In this document: positions 38,852 to 46,896 of the stretch, one piece after another | How the letters are laid out: every line of letters starts with the position of its first letter | How positions within the stretch are numbered: the first letter of the stretch is position 1 | Source of the DNA: an uncultured Actinomycetes bacterium | GTDB lineage: Bacteria > Actinomycetota > Thermoleophilia > Gaiellales > Gaiellaceae | Direction of reading: 5' to 3' | Length of the DNA stretch: 64,000 bases | NCBI GenBank assembly: GCA_963802795.1 | Contig: CAWDJV010000003.1 | Location: 128,938-192,937, forward strand | Notes under the pieces: generated by a model | The model's input: only the letters and a program-made list of their open reading frames with translations | Databases searched by the model: none | What the model was told of the DNA's origin: nothing | Translations under genes and position numbers: made by a program

Positions 38852-38878
38852 CGGGAAAGCCCGCTACGATCGGGCCCG

Positions 38879-39706
38879 ATGAGTCGCCGCCGGCTTGGGG
38901 TCATCGTCGCGCTTCTCCTGGGCGCGCTGCTCGCGGCGCCGGCGGCCGAGGCGCGCTTCAGCGGGATGAACGCGCGGAGCTGGACGGAGCGGATCGCCGA
39001 CCTCGGGCCGCGGCCGGCCGGCGGGCGCCACGAGTTCCAGGCCGGCACGCTCGTCCGCAACCGCCTCGCGGCTCTGGGCTACTCCGTTCGCAGGCAGTGG
39101 TTCGGATTGCCGGACGGCGACCGGTCGCACAACGTCGTCGGACGGACGCCGGGGCGGCTCCGGCTGATCGTCGTCGCCCACATGGACGGCGTCCACGGGA
39201 CCCCCGCCGCGAACGACAACGCGTCCGGGGTCGGGTCGATTCTCGAGCTGGCGAGGAACCTGAAAAGGCGCAACGGCGTCCTCGTCGCCGCTCTCGGCGC
39301 CGAGGAGCGGATGGTCACAGGGTCTTCGTGGCATCTCGGCTCCCGAAAGCTGACGAGGAGCCTCACCGAGAGGCAGAAGGCCGGCGTCCGCCTGGCCCTC
39401 TCCATGGACATGGTCGGAGTCGGCTCGACGCTCCACGTCCGCGGGCTCGAGTCCTCGCCGAACCGGTCTGGGCGACGCCTCCTCGACGCCGCCCAGAGGC
39501 TCGGGATCCGCGTCACGTACATGCGCGACACGGGCCAGTCGGATCACGACGACCTGACCCGGGGCGGCGTGCCCGCCGCCTGGGTCGAGTGGCGCTGGGA
39601 CACGTGCTGGCACCGGCCGTGCGACCAGATCTCACGCGTCCGTCGCTGGAAGCTCTGGCGGGCCGGCAAGCTCGTCCTCGGTGCCGCCCGCGCGGCCGTG
39701 GACTGA
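38879..39706 (+). CDS. Secreted M28-family aminopeptidase-like protein
   Basis: ATG 38879 with signal peptide MSRRRLGVIVALLLGALLAAPAAEA. VVAHMDGVHGTPAANDNASGV, LGAEERM, MDMVG. The ORF is open from 38636, but that part is antisense to bolA. Confidence 0.8.
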   Translation: MSRRRLGVIVALLLGALLAAPAAEARFSGMNARSWTERIADLGPRPAGGRHEFQAGTLVRNRLAALGYSVRRQWFGLPDGDRSHNVVGRTPGRLRLIVVAHMDGVHGTPAANDNASGVGSILELARNLKRRNGVLVAALGAEERMVTGSSWHLGSRKLTRSLTERQKAGVRLALSMDMVGVGSTLHVRGLESSPNRSGRRLLDAAQRLGIRVTYMRDTGQSDHDDLTRGGVPAAWVEWRWDTCWHRPCDQISRVRRWKLWRAGKLVLGAARAAVD

Positions 39707-39748
39707 ACCCGCGCGGCCTTCTCGTCTCAGAAGCCCTAGGCTGGGCTC

Positions 39749-40159
39749 GTGCCCGGCGCCCCGTTGCCGCCCGAGCTTCAGCGTTTTCTCGCCAAGCCAC
39801 GGCACGCCGTCGTGGGGACCGTCCGGAACGACGGGACGCCGGTGACGACGCCCTGCTGGTACGGCGTCGACGCCGACGGCCGGATCATCCTCTCGATGGA
39901 CGAGGGCAGCCACCGGCTGCGCCACCTGCGCGCGAACCCGCAGGTCGCGCTGACGGTGCTCGGCGACGACTGGTACTCGCACGTGTCGCTGCTCGGCCGT
40001 GTCGTCGGGCTCCGGGACGACGAGGAGCACGACGACATCGACGCCCTCTCGCAACGCTACGAGGGCGGGCCGTATCCGGACCGGACGTATCGCGGCGTCA
40101 CGGCGCTCGTCGAGATCGAGCGCTGGCACACCTGGGGCGATCCGGCCGCCGAGTCCTGA
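39749..40159 (+). CDS. PPOX-class (pyridoxamine 5'-phosphate oxidase-like, probable F420-dependent) protein
   Basis: 136-aa intact ORF. RHAVVGTVRNDGTPVTTPCWYGVDADGRIILSMDEGSHRLRHLRANPQVALTV. Confidence 0.8.
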   Translation: MPGAPLPPELQRFLAKPRHAVVGTVRNDGTPVTTPCWYGVDADGRIILSMDEGSHRLRHLRANPQVALTVLGDDWYSHVSLLGRVVGLRDDEEHDDIDALSQRYEGGPYPDRTYRGVTALVEIERWHTWGDPAAES

Positions 40160-40163
40160 GCGG

Positions 40164-41708
40164 CTACTCCCCTTCCTGGCCGCCCCCGCACCGGCCGAGC
40201 CTGATTGCGTCGCCCGAACGCGACTCGCGGGCGCAGATCCACTCGCCCTCGTCCGCCGGATCGTCGTACCGATGCTGGAGGGACGGCCCGCGCGGCGCCT
40301 GGGAGAGGTCGCAGTAGGCTCCGGCGAGGATGCACTCCTGCGAGCCCCAGCGCCCGGGGAATGCGTTCCATGAGGCCTCGTCCCCGGCCTCTGTGAGTGG
40401 CAGCGGCCTCAGGCAGCCGTCGCAGGTCAGGTTGTGCGTCCACGGGAGGCCGCCGTCGTAGTGCGCTTCCGGCAGTCTTCCCACCTCCTGAACGCAGTCC
40501 CGGAGGCAGGCGTCCGGGTACGACGCGTGACTGTTCCGCGCGACGAAGACGACAGGGCGCACGCCGTTCTCCTCGACCGCGGGCAACACGAGGTTCGTCC
40601 AGATCTCCGCGAGCGCAGGCGCCTCCGGAGCCTCGAGACTCTCCCAGACCCGCTCGAGCGTGCCGGGGAACGAGTAGGAAAGGACGTGCGCGTGTTGGGC
40701 GTAGCGCACGGCGGCCGGGCCCAGAAGGTCGCCGTCGACCTCGATGCACGTCTCGGAGACCTCCTCGCACGGCGCAACCACGACTGTGACGCCCTCCCAG
40801 TCGCCCGCGTGCTCCTGGCAGGTGAAGGGCGGCGTCCTGAAGCCCGGGCCGCAGAAGACCTGGTCGGCGACCGGCGACGGGTTGCGCGAGAAGAACCACC
40901 AGTAGTCCACGTAGATCCGCCCGCCATCGCCGGGAACGACGTGGTAGTAGTAGGCGCTCTCGTCTCCACCGCCCCGCGGCGGCGGCGCGGACTCGTCGAT
41001 GTCCAGGTAGTCGAAGCTCATGTCGATCATGTCGCCGCTGGTGACGTCCGGACAGCTGTCGGTGATGACGTACTTGCGGCACATGTCGATCCTGTTCGCG
41101 GCGATCGCGTCGTCGATGTCGAGCGGGTAGCGGCGCTCGCCGGAGTCGAAGAAGAGCAGAGGCCGGAACGCCGCGGCGAGCTGCGCGTCGCTCCCTTCCA
41201 GCGCGGCCGCCGGGACCGGCTCCGGGACGATGTCGGACGGCGTCAGCGGCTTCTGGAAGACCAGGAAGAGGATGAGCAGGCCGATGGAGCAGAGGACGAC
41301 CTTCCACAGCGCCGGCGCGTGGGTCGGCGGCTTCCGCCTTCGGCGGTAGAGCTCCAGCCCGCCCCAGGCGAGGAGCGGCAGCGCGAGGAAGACGAGACCG
41401 GCCAACCAGTTGACGAGCGCGATGGGTACGCCGACGAGGGCGAAGAGCGTTGCCGCGAGCGCCCTCGGCAGGGCCGCCACACCCTCCTTCTCCTTGAAGA
41501 GGAAGCCGAGGAGCCGGCGGAGGATCCAGAAGACGAGGGTCGTGAGGACGAGCGCAAAGGCCAGATCGCCCCACAGCCCGCCGCCCCGCAGGAGCCAGTT
41601 GACGAGCACGAGGAAGCCGATCGCAGCGACGAGCAGGATCGTGAGCGCCCCCCAGCGGATGCCGCGCCCCTTGTCCGGAAGAGCGTCGATGCGGCCGCTG
41701 AGCCACAC
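40164..41708 (-). CDS. Membrane-anchored Vps62/DUF946-like protein
   Basis: AAGGAG, 6 nt, then GTG at 41708. ~4 N-terminal TM helices, then a Vps62-like core (RPLLFFDSGERRYPLD, YYYHVVP...IYVDYWWFFSRNP, HAGDWEGVTVVV, VRYAQHAH). Cys-rich C-terminus. The ORF is open to 41978. Confidence 0.65.
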   Translation of the reverse strand: MWLSGRIDALPDKGRGIRWGALTILLVAAIGFLVLVNWLLRGGGLWGDLAFALVLTTLVFWILRRLLGFLFKEKEGVAALPRALAATLFALVGVPIALVNWLAGLVFLALPLLAWGGLELYRRRRKPPTHAPALWKVVLCSIGLLILFLVFQKPLTPSDIVPEPVPAAALEGSDAQLAAAFRPLLFFDSGERRYPLDIDDAIAANRIDMCRKYVITDSCPDVTSGDMIDMSFDYLDIDESAPPPRGGGDESAYYYHVVPGDGGRIYVDYWWFFSRNPSPVADQVFCGPGFRTPPFTCQEHAGDWEGVTVVVAPCEEVSETCIEVDGDLLGPAAVRYAQHAHVLSYSFPGTLERVWESLEAPEAPALAEIWTNLVLPAVEENGVRPVVFVARNSHASYPDACLRDCVQEVGRLPEAHYDGGLPWTHNLTCDGCLRPLPLTEAGDEASWNAFPGRWGSQECILAGAYCDLSQAPRGPSLQHRYDDPADEGEWICARESRSGDAIRLGRCGGGQEGE

Positions 41709-41798
41709 CCGCTTCTCCTTGAGACTCTCCCCTAGCCGCACGACGGAAGTCTCGCCCTGCCGGCGGACGGCGCTCGGTGTCTGAGCAGGACTTCGAGC

Positions 41799-41826
41799 TT
41801 GACATATTCCCATATAGGTATATGAT
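41799..41826 (+). promoter_or_regulatory. Sigma-70-like promoter for arsR (probably a leaderless transcript)
   Basis: TTGACA (41799-41804), 16-nt spacer, TATGAT (41821-41826), in an AT-rich patch. The arsR ATG at 41833 is 6 nt after the -10 box. The spacer contains the inverted repeat catat-N5-atatg. Confidence 0.55.
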
Positions 41827-41832
41827 TCTCCC

Positions 41833-42189
41833 ATGGCACGAGCAGCGACCACAGCAGATGCGTTCAACGCGGTGGCCGAGCCCCGGCGGCGGCAGATTCT
41901 CGACGTCCTCGCCCGCGGGGAACGCCCCGTGAACGACCTGGTGCGCCTGCTCGGGCTGGCCCAGCCACAGGTGTCCAAGCACCTGCGGGTGCTCCGAGAA
42001 GTGGGGGCGGTCGACGTGCGTGAAGAAGGACGCCAACGGCTCTACCGGCTCAACGGCCACGCGCTCAAGCCCATCCACGACTGGGTGAAGAACTACGAGC
42101 GCTCGTGGTCGGAGCGGTTCGACCAGCTGGATCTCGTCCTGGAGGACCTCAAGCAAAAGGAGGCAGACAATGGCGGAAACGACGAGTAG
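41833..42189 (+). CDS. ArsR/SmtB-family transcriptional regulator
   Basis: 118-aa intact ORF. AEPRRRQILDVLARGERPVNDLVRLLGLAQPQVSKHLRVLREVGAV. Confidence 0.9.
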   Translation: MARAATTADAFNAVAEPRRRQILDVLARGERPVNDLVRLLGLAQPQVSKHLRVLREVGAVDVREEGRQRLYRLNGHALKPIHDWVKNYERSWSERFDQLDLVLEDLKQKEADNGGNDE

Positions 42190-42673
42190 CGGGACGGCGA
42201 CGGTGACGCTCCCCACGGATGAGCAGATCCTCATCACGCGGGAGTTCGACGCGCCCAAGCACCTCGTATACGAGGCGTGGACGACGCCCGAGCTCGTGAA
42301 GCGCTGGTGGAACGCGAAGCGCGGTGAGGTCACGATCGCCGAGATCGACCTGCGGGTCGGCGGCAAGTGGCGTTCCGTGATGGTGGCCGACGGCGGCTTC
42401 GAGGTCGGCTTCCACGGCGAGTACCGCGAGATCGTCCCCAACGAGCGGATCGTCTCGACCGAGGTCTACGAGGGCATGCCCCAGGGGGACGGGCCCGAAC
42501 AGGGAACGCTGAACACCGCGACGTTCACCGAAGAGGACGGGCGCACGACCCTGACGATCCTCGTCGAGGCGCCGAGCAAGGAGATCCGCGACGCGATCAT
42601 CGCCTCGGGGATGGAGGCCGGCATGCAGGACGCTCTGGACCTCCTCGAGCAGGTCGCGATCTCGCTTCGCTGA
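42170..42673 (+). CDS. SRPBCC/AHSA1-domain protein
   Basis: 167-aa intact ORF. ITREFDAPKHLVYEAWTTPELVKRWW. Overlaps the arsR 3' end by 20 nt, a typical ArsR-AHSA1 pair. Confidence 0.85.
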   Translation: MAETTSSGTATVTLPTDEQILITREFDAPKHLVYEAWTTPELVKRWWNAKRGEVTIAEIDLRVGGKWRSVMVADGGFEVGFHGEYREIVPNERIVSTEVYEGMPQGDGPEQGTLNTATFTEEDGRTTLTILVEAPSKEIRDAIIASGMEAGMQDALDLLEQVAISLR

Positions 42674-42678
42674 GCGGC

Positions 42679-42725
42679 CTGACGCGGGGTCACCGGGAGC
42701 TCACGCCTGGTGACCCCCGCGTCAG
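42679..42725. terminator. Long imperfect hairpin after the arsR-SRPBCC operon
   Basis: ctgacgcggggtcacc (42679-42694) pairs with ggtgacccccgcgtcag (42709-42725). 16 bp with a one-base bulge and a 14-nt loop. Confidence 0.45.
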
Positions 42726-42811
42726 CCAAGGGCCTATGGCTCCGGCTGGACGGTCCCGGCCGTTGGCCACGAGGCTTCCGGGCAAGCCGTAGGATCCGTG
42801 CACGATCGCGA

Positions 42812-44454
42812 ATGGACGAGGTGACCGTCGGCAACGTGCTCGAACGCGGCCGCGCGTCGTACGCGAAGGGCGCCTGGCTGGACGCCTTCGAATCGCTGTC
42901 GCGGGCGGACGAGGACGATCTCCTCGAGCCGGAGGACCTGGAGCTGCTGGCCAGGTCGGCGTACATGCTCGGTCGCGACGACGAGTACGTCCGCAGCCTC
43001 GAGCGTGCCCATCACGGCCATTTGGATGCCGGCGAGGTCCCCGGCGCCGCGCGCTGCGCCTGGTGGATCGGGCACAACCTGCTCTTTCGCGGGGAGAGCG
43101 CCCGTGCGAACGGCTGGTTCGGCCGCGGCGACCGCTTGCTCGACCGGGAGGGTCGTGACTGCGTCGAGCACGGCTATCTCCTGATACCGGTCGGGCTCCA
43201 GGCCCGTGACGCCCGCACGGCGTACGCAACGTGGACGGAGGCTGCCGCAATCGGCGAGCGCTACGACGACCCGGACCTCGTCACGATGGCGCGGATGGGG
43301 CAGGGCCACACCCTGGTGCGGCAGGGTCGGGCGGAGGAGGGCTTCCGGCTGGTGGACGAGACCATGGTGGCCGTCACGACGGGCGAGCTGTCGCCGATCG
43401 TCGCCGGCATCGTCTACTGCAACACGATCAAGTTCTGTCAAGACGCGCACGAGGTGCGCCGCGCGCGCGAGTGGACGACTGCCCTCACCGAGTGGTGTGA
43501 TCGCCAGCCCGACATGGTCGCTCACACCGGCGTCTGCCTGGTCCATCGCGCCGAGGTCATGCAGCTCCAGGGGGCCTGGGAGGCCGCCCTGGAAGAGGTG
43601 CAGCGAGCCGGTGAGCGCCTCCGCCACGGTGTGTTGAACCAGCGCGCGCGGGCAGCGCCCTCTACCGGCAGGGGGAAATCCAGCGCCTGCAAGGGGAGCT
43701 CGCGGCCGCCGAGGAGGCGTATCGCGCCGCCGGCCGGCTCGGCTTCGAGCCGCAACCGGGCTTGGCGCTCTTGCGGTTGGCCCAGGGCGAACGGCGAGGC
43801 CGCCGCGGCCGCGATCGCGCGCGTGACGGAAGAGACGGAGGACGCCCCTCAAGCGTGCCGGGCTGTTGCCGGCCTTCGTCGAGATCATGCTGGCCGCGGG
43901 CGACCTCGAGAAAGCGCGCCGCGCCTCCGGCGAGCTCGAGGCGATCTCGGAGACGCACGCAAGCGAACTGCTGAGAGCGCTGGCCGCGCAAGCGGGTGGA
44001 GCCGTGCTGCTCGCCGAAGGCGACGCCCGGGCTGCTCTGGGCTCGCTTCGCCGCGCGCTCAGCACCTGGCAGGACCTCGAAGCGCCGTACGAGGCGCGCG
44101 CGCACGCGCGTCCTGCTCGCGATGGCCTGCCACCGGCTGGGCGACGGCGATGCGGGGGCGCTCGAGCTGGAGGCCGCGCGCACCGTCTTCGAAGAGCTGG
44201 GTGCGGGCCCGGATCTGACCCGAGTTGACTCGCTGGTGACATCCGCTCGAGTGAAGAGCGCGCACGGATTGAGCCCACGAGAGCTGGAGGTGCTGAGCCA
44301 CGTCGCGGGAGGCAAGACCAACAAGGAGATCGCGACCGAGCTCGTCCTCAGCGAGAGGACCGTCGAGCGGCACGTCAGCAACATCTTCACCAAGCTCGGC
44401 GTCTCGACGCGCGCAGCAGCCACCGCGTTCGCCTACGAGCACCGGCTCCTCTGA
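42812..44454 (+). pseudogene. TPR-like/LuxR-family transcriptional regulator with about four frame changes
   Basis: ATG 42812 (MDEVTVGNVLERG...). Conserved text continues through frame hops near 43645, 43785, 43850 and 44105. Ends with an intact LuxR HTH (LSPRELEVLSHVAGGKTNKEIATELVLSERTVERHVSNIFTKLGV). Confidence 0.7.
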
Positions 44455-44566
44455 GTGGAATCACCCACTCCGCCGGCCGGCGGAGGTTGGGTGGTTTCTC
44501 CGAAGTTGCGTCCTTCGCTTCGACCTACTGTCGGGCAGGAATGCTCAAACCGGCAGAGGAGAAGTG

Positions 44567-45773
44567 ATGAGCCAGGCATATGACGCGATCGTCGTCGGGG
44601 CGCGCTGCGCCGGATCGCCCACGGCGATGCTGCTCGCCCGCCGGGGCCACCGGGTCCTGCTGGTCGACCGGGCGACGTTCCCGAGCGACACGATCTCCAC
44701 GCATCTCGTCCATCCCCCGGGGGTGGCGTCGCTCGAGCGCTGGGGACTGCTCGACCCTGTCGTCGCAACCGGAAGCCCGCCGATCGACACGTATGCCTTC
44801 GACTTCGGCCCGTTCACGATCTCCGGGGCGCCGGGGACGGCTGAGACGCCGGTCGCCTACGCGCCGAGGCGGACCGTGCTGGACAAGCTGCTCCTCGAGG
44901 CCGCCTCCGAGGCGGGAGCAGAGGTTCGCGAGCGGTTCACGGTCGAGAGCCTCGTCGTCGAGGATGGTCGCGTCGCCGGCATCCGCGGCCACGGCAAGGG
45001 CTGGCAAGACCGTCACCGAGCTCGCCCGGGTGGTCATCGGAGCCGATGGCCGCTACTCGCTCGTCGCCGACGCGGTCGACGCCCGGGAGTACAACGAGAA
45101 GCCGCAGCTGCAGGTGAGCTACTACAGCTACTGGAGCGGCCTCCCGATGAGCGGCCGCTTCGAGTCCACGATCCGCCCTGGTCTGGCTTACGCGGCGTGG
45201 CCCACCAACGACGACCTGACGCTGATCATCGCCGGCCGTACGATCGACGAGTTCGACGCGGTCAGAAGGGACATCGAAGGCTCCTTCCTCGAGACGCTCG
45301 AGATCTCTCCGGCGTTCGCCGACCGCGTTCGGGGCGCAAAGCGCGAGGAGCGCTTCGTCGGCACGGCAGTCCGGGGATTCCTCCGCAAGCCCTTCGGGCC
45401 CGGCTGGGCTCTGGTCGGCGACGCGGGCTACAACAAGGACTTCATCACGGCTCAGGGCATCCACGACGCCTTCCGCGACGCCGAGCTGTGCGCGACGGCG
45501 CTCGACGTGGCGCTCGCAGGCCGGTGCAGCTTCGAGGATGCTTTGGGCGAGTACCAGGTGCGTCGAGACGAGCAGGTCCTGCCGATGTACGAGTTCACGG
45601 CCGAGCTCGCGGCGCTCGCCCCTCCCCCGCCCGAGCTGCAGCAGCTGCTGAGCGCAGTCAGCAGGAGCCAGGAGGCAATGGACGGGTTTGCGCGCGTCAC
45701 CGCAGGAGTGACGTCACCGGCCGAGTTCTTCTCGGACGAGAACGCCGGACGCATCCTCGCCGCTGCGGCGTAG
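44567..45773 (+). CDS. FAD-dependent monooxygenase/oxidoreductase, one frame break near 45000
   Basis: GAGGAG RBS and ATG 44567. YDAIVVGARCAGSPTAMLLARRG (GxGxxG). After GHGKG the text continues in the 44580 frame (GKTVTELARVVIGADGRYS...GWALVGDAGYNKD). Confidence 0.75.
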
Positions 45774-45821
45774 AGGTCATGCGCGTCGTCAGTACGACCC
45801 GCGGATTCGAGGAAAGATGGG

Positions 45822-45851
45822 CAAATGCAGCGCTTTCGGCGAGAGCGGACG
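45822..45851. repeat. Left direct repeat (att-like, partial tRNA-Gly 3' end copy)
   Basis: caaatgcagcgctttcggcgaGagcggacg versus caaatgcagcgctttcggcgaAagcggacg at 63162-63191. Weaker similarity extends ~8 nt on each side. Confidence 0.7.
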
Positions 45852-45863
45852 CTCGGGATCCAG

Positions 45864-46352
45864 TCAGCAGTCGCGCCCGATCCTTCTGCTGTAGCTCGCC
45901 ACTGACTGTGCGCCGGGCGAGGCGCCGAGCCAGTGGTAATGAGCAATCGCGCGGTATGCCCGAGTGCCGCAAAAGTAGCGCCCCTGGCCCACAGCTACAT
46001 CCTGAAAACCCCACCACCCGTCGTAGTCGTACCCCCAGGTCCTCTTGTACAAGACCCAACGACCATCGGCTCTCAACCACTGCAGCCGCACGTCGTGCAC
46101 GGCGACCGTGTATTCGGTGCCAAGGCCAGGAGGGTCGGAGACTTTGGCCTTTGCCCTGAGCCGGCCGGTCTTGTAGTTGTACTCGACCACCGCGCACCGG
46201 GCCACCTCGTAGCCGACGCAGCGATAGGTGCCGCCTACGTGAGTCCAGGCGTCGGCCGTCGACCTGGTCGTTGCTTCAGGCGAGGCACCGGCCGTGGTCG
46301 GCACCAGCAAGCTGGTCAGCGCGGCCGCCAATGCCGCCCCTGCGGTTCGCAT
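45864..46352 (-). CDS. Secreted hypothetical protein
   Basis: 162-aa ORF with signal peptide MRTAGAALAAALTSLLVPTTAGA. Trp/Tyr-rich mature part. Confidence 0.55.
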   Translation of the reverse strand: MRTAGAALAAALTSLLVPTTAGASPEATTRSTADAWTHVGGTYRCVGYEVARCAVVEYNYKTGRLRAKAKVSDPPGLGTEYTVAVHDVRLQWLRADGRWVLYKRTWGYDYDGWWGFQDVAVGQGRYFCGTRAYRAIAHYHWLGASPGAQSVASYSRRIGRDC

Positions 46353-46613
46353 CGAGCCGTGAAGTTGCCGTGCATCCCTACTCCGACTTGTCGTCGTTGG
46401 CGGCCCGCCTCGCTACTCTAGCCAAGTCAACTGTTGCCAGCGAAAGCGACTTCGCGCCGTACTCGGTGACGGAGACTAAGGAACGACCCTTGGAAGCGAC
46501 ACGGGACGAGTTGCGGGATCGTGGCGGCCCCACTGCTCGGGGCCGCGGTGAAGCACGCCACCCCCGATGCCGAGGCCGGCGAGGGTCAGACGCGCGCGCC
46601 GGGCTAGCGTAAG

Positions 46614-46635
46614 GCAAGTGATCGCGATCACTTGC
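46614..46635. promoter_or_regulatory. Perfect 22-bp palindrome (operator-like)
   Basis: gcaagtgatcg|cgatcacttgc is its own reverse complement. Located in the 538-bp divergent intergenic region 46353-46890. Confidence 0.4.
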
Positions 46636-46644
46636 ACGCCAAGC

Positions 46645-46686
46645 TCCCCTTTCCCCACACACAAATTCCCCTTTCCCCGCACACAA
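46645..46686. repeat. Two 20-nt direct repeats with 22-nt period
   Basis: tcccctttccccAcacacaa (46645-46664) and tcccctttccccGcacacaa (46667-46686), ~200 nt upstream of the DUF2339 gene. Confidence 0.6.
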
Positions 46687-46896
46687 CTTCCGCGGCTGTG
46701 GACAGCCAGGAGCGGAGGGAACAGAACGGCGGCCGTACGCCTGAAGGATCGATCCGGGGGCGTCCCCCCAGGGCGGATCGGGGCAGCCCCTGATGTGAGT
46801 ACCGTCCGGCCGGCCTAGCGTCCGTCATGCGTTTCATGCGGTGCTTGTATCGACCGCCACGTTAGGCGGATAATCGAGGTCAGGTAGGAGGTGTTG

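Noticed and set aside
40057-42441. 794-aa - strand ORF
   Set aside because: Overlaps, out of frame or antisense, the Vps62-like gene, arsR and the SRPBCC gene. No protein-like blocks.
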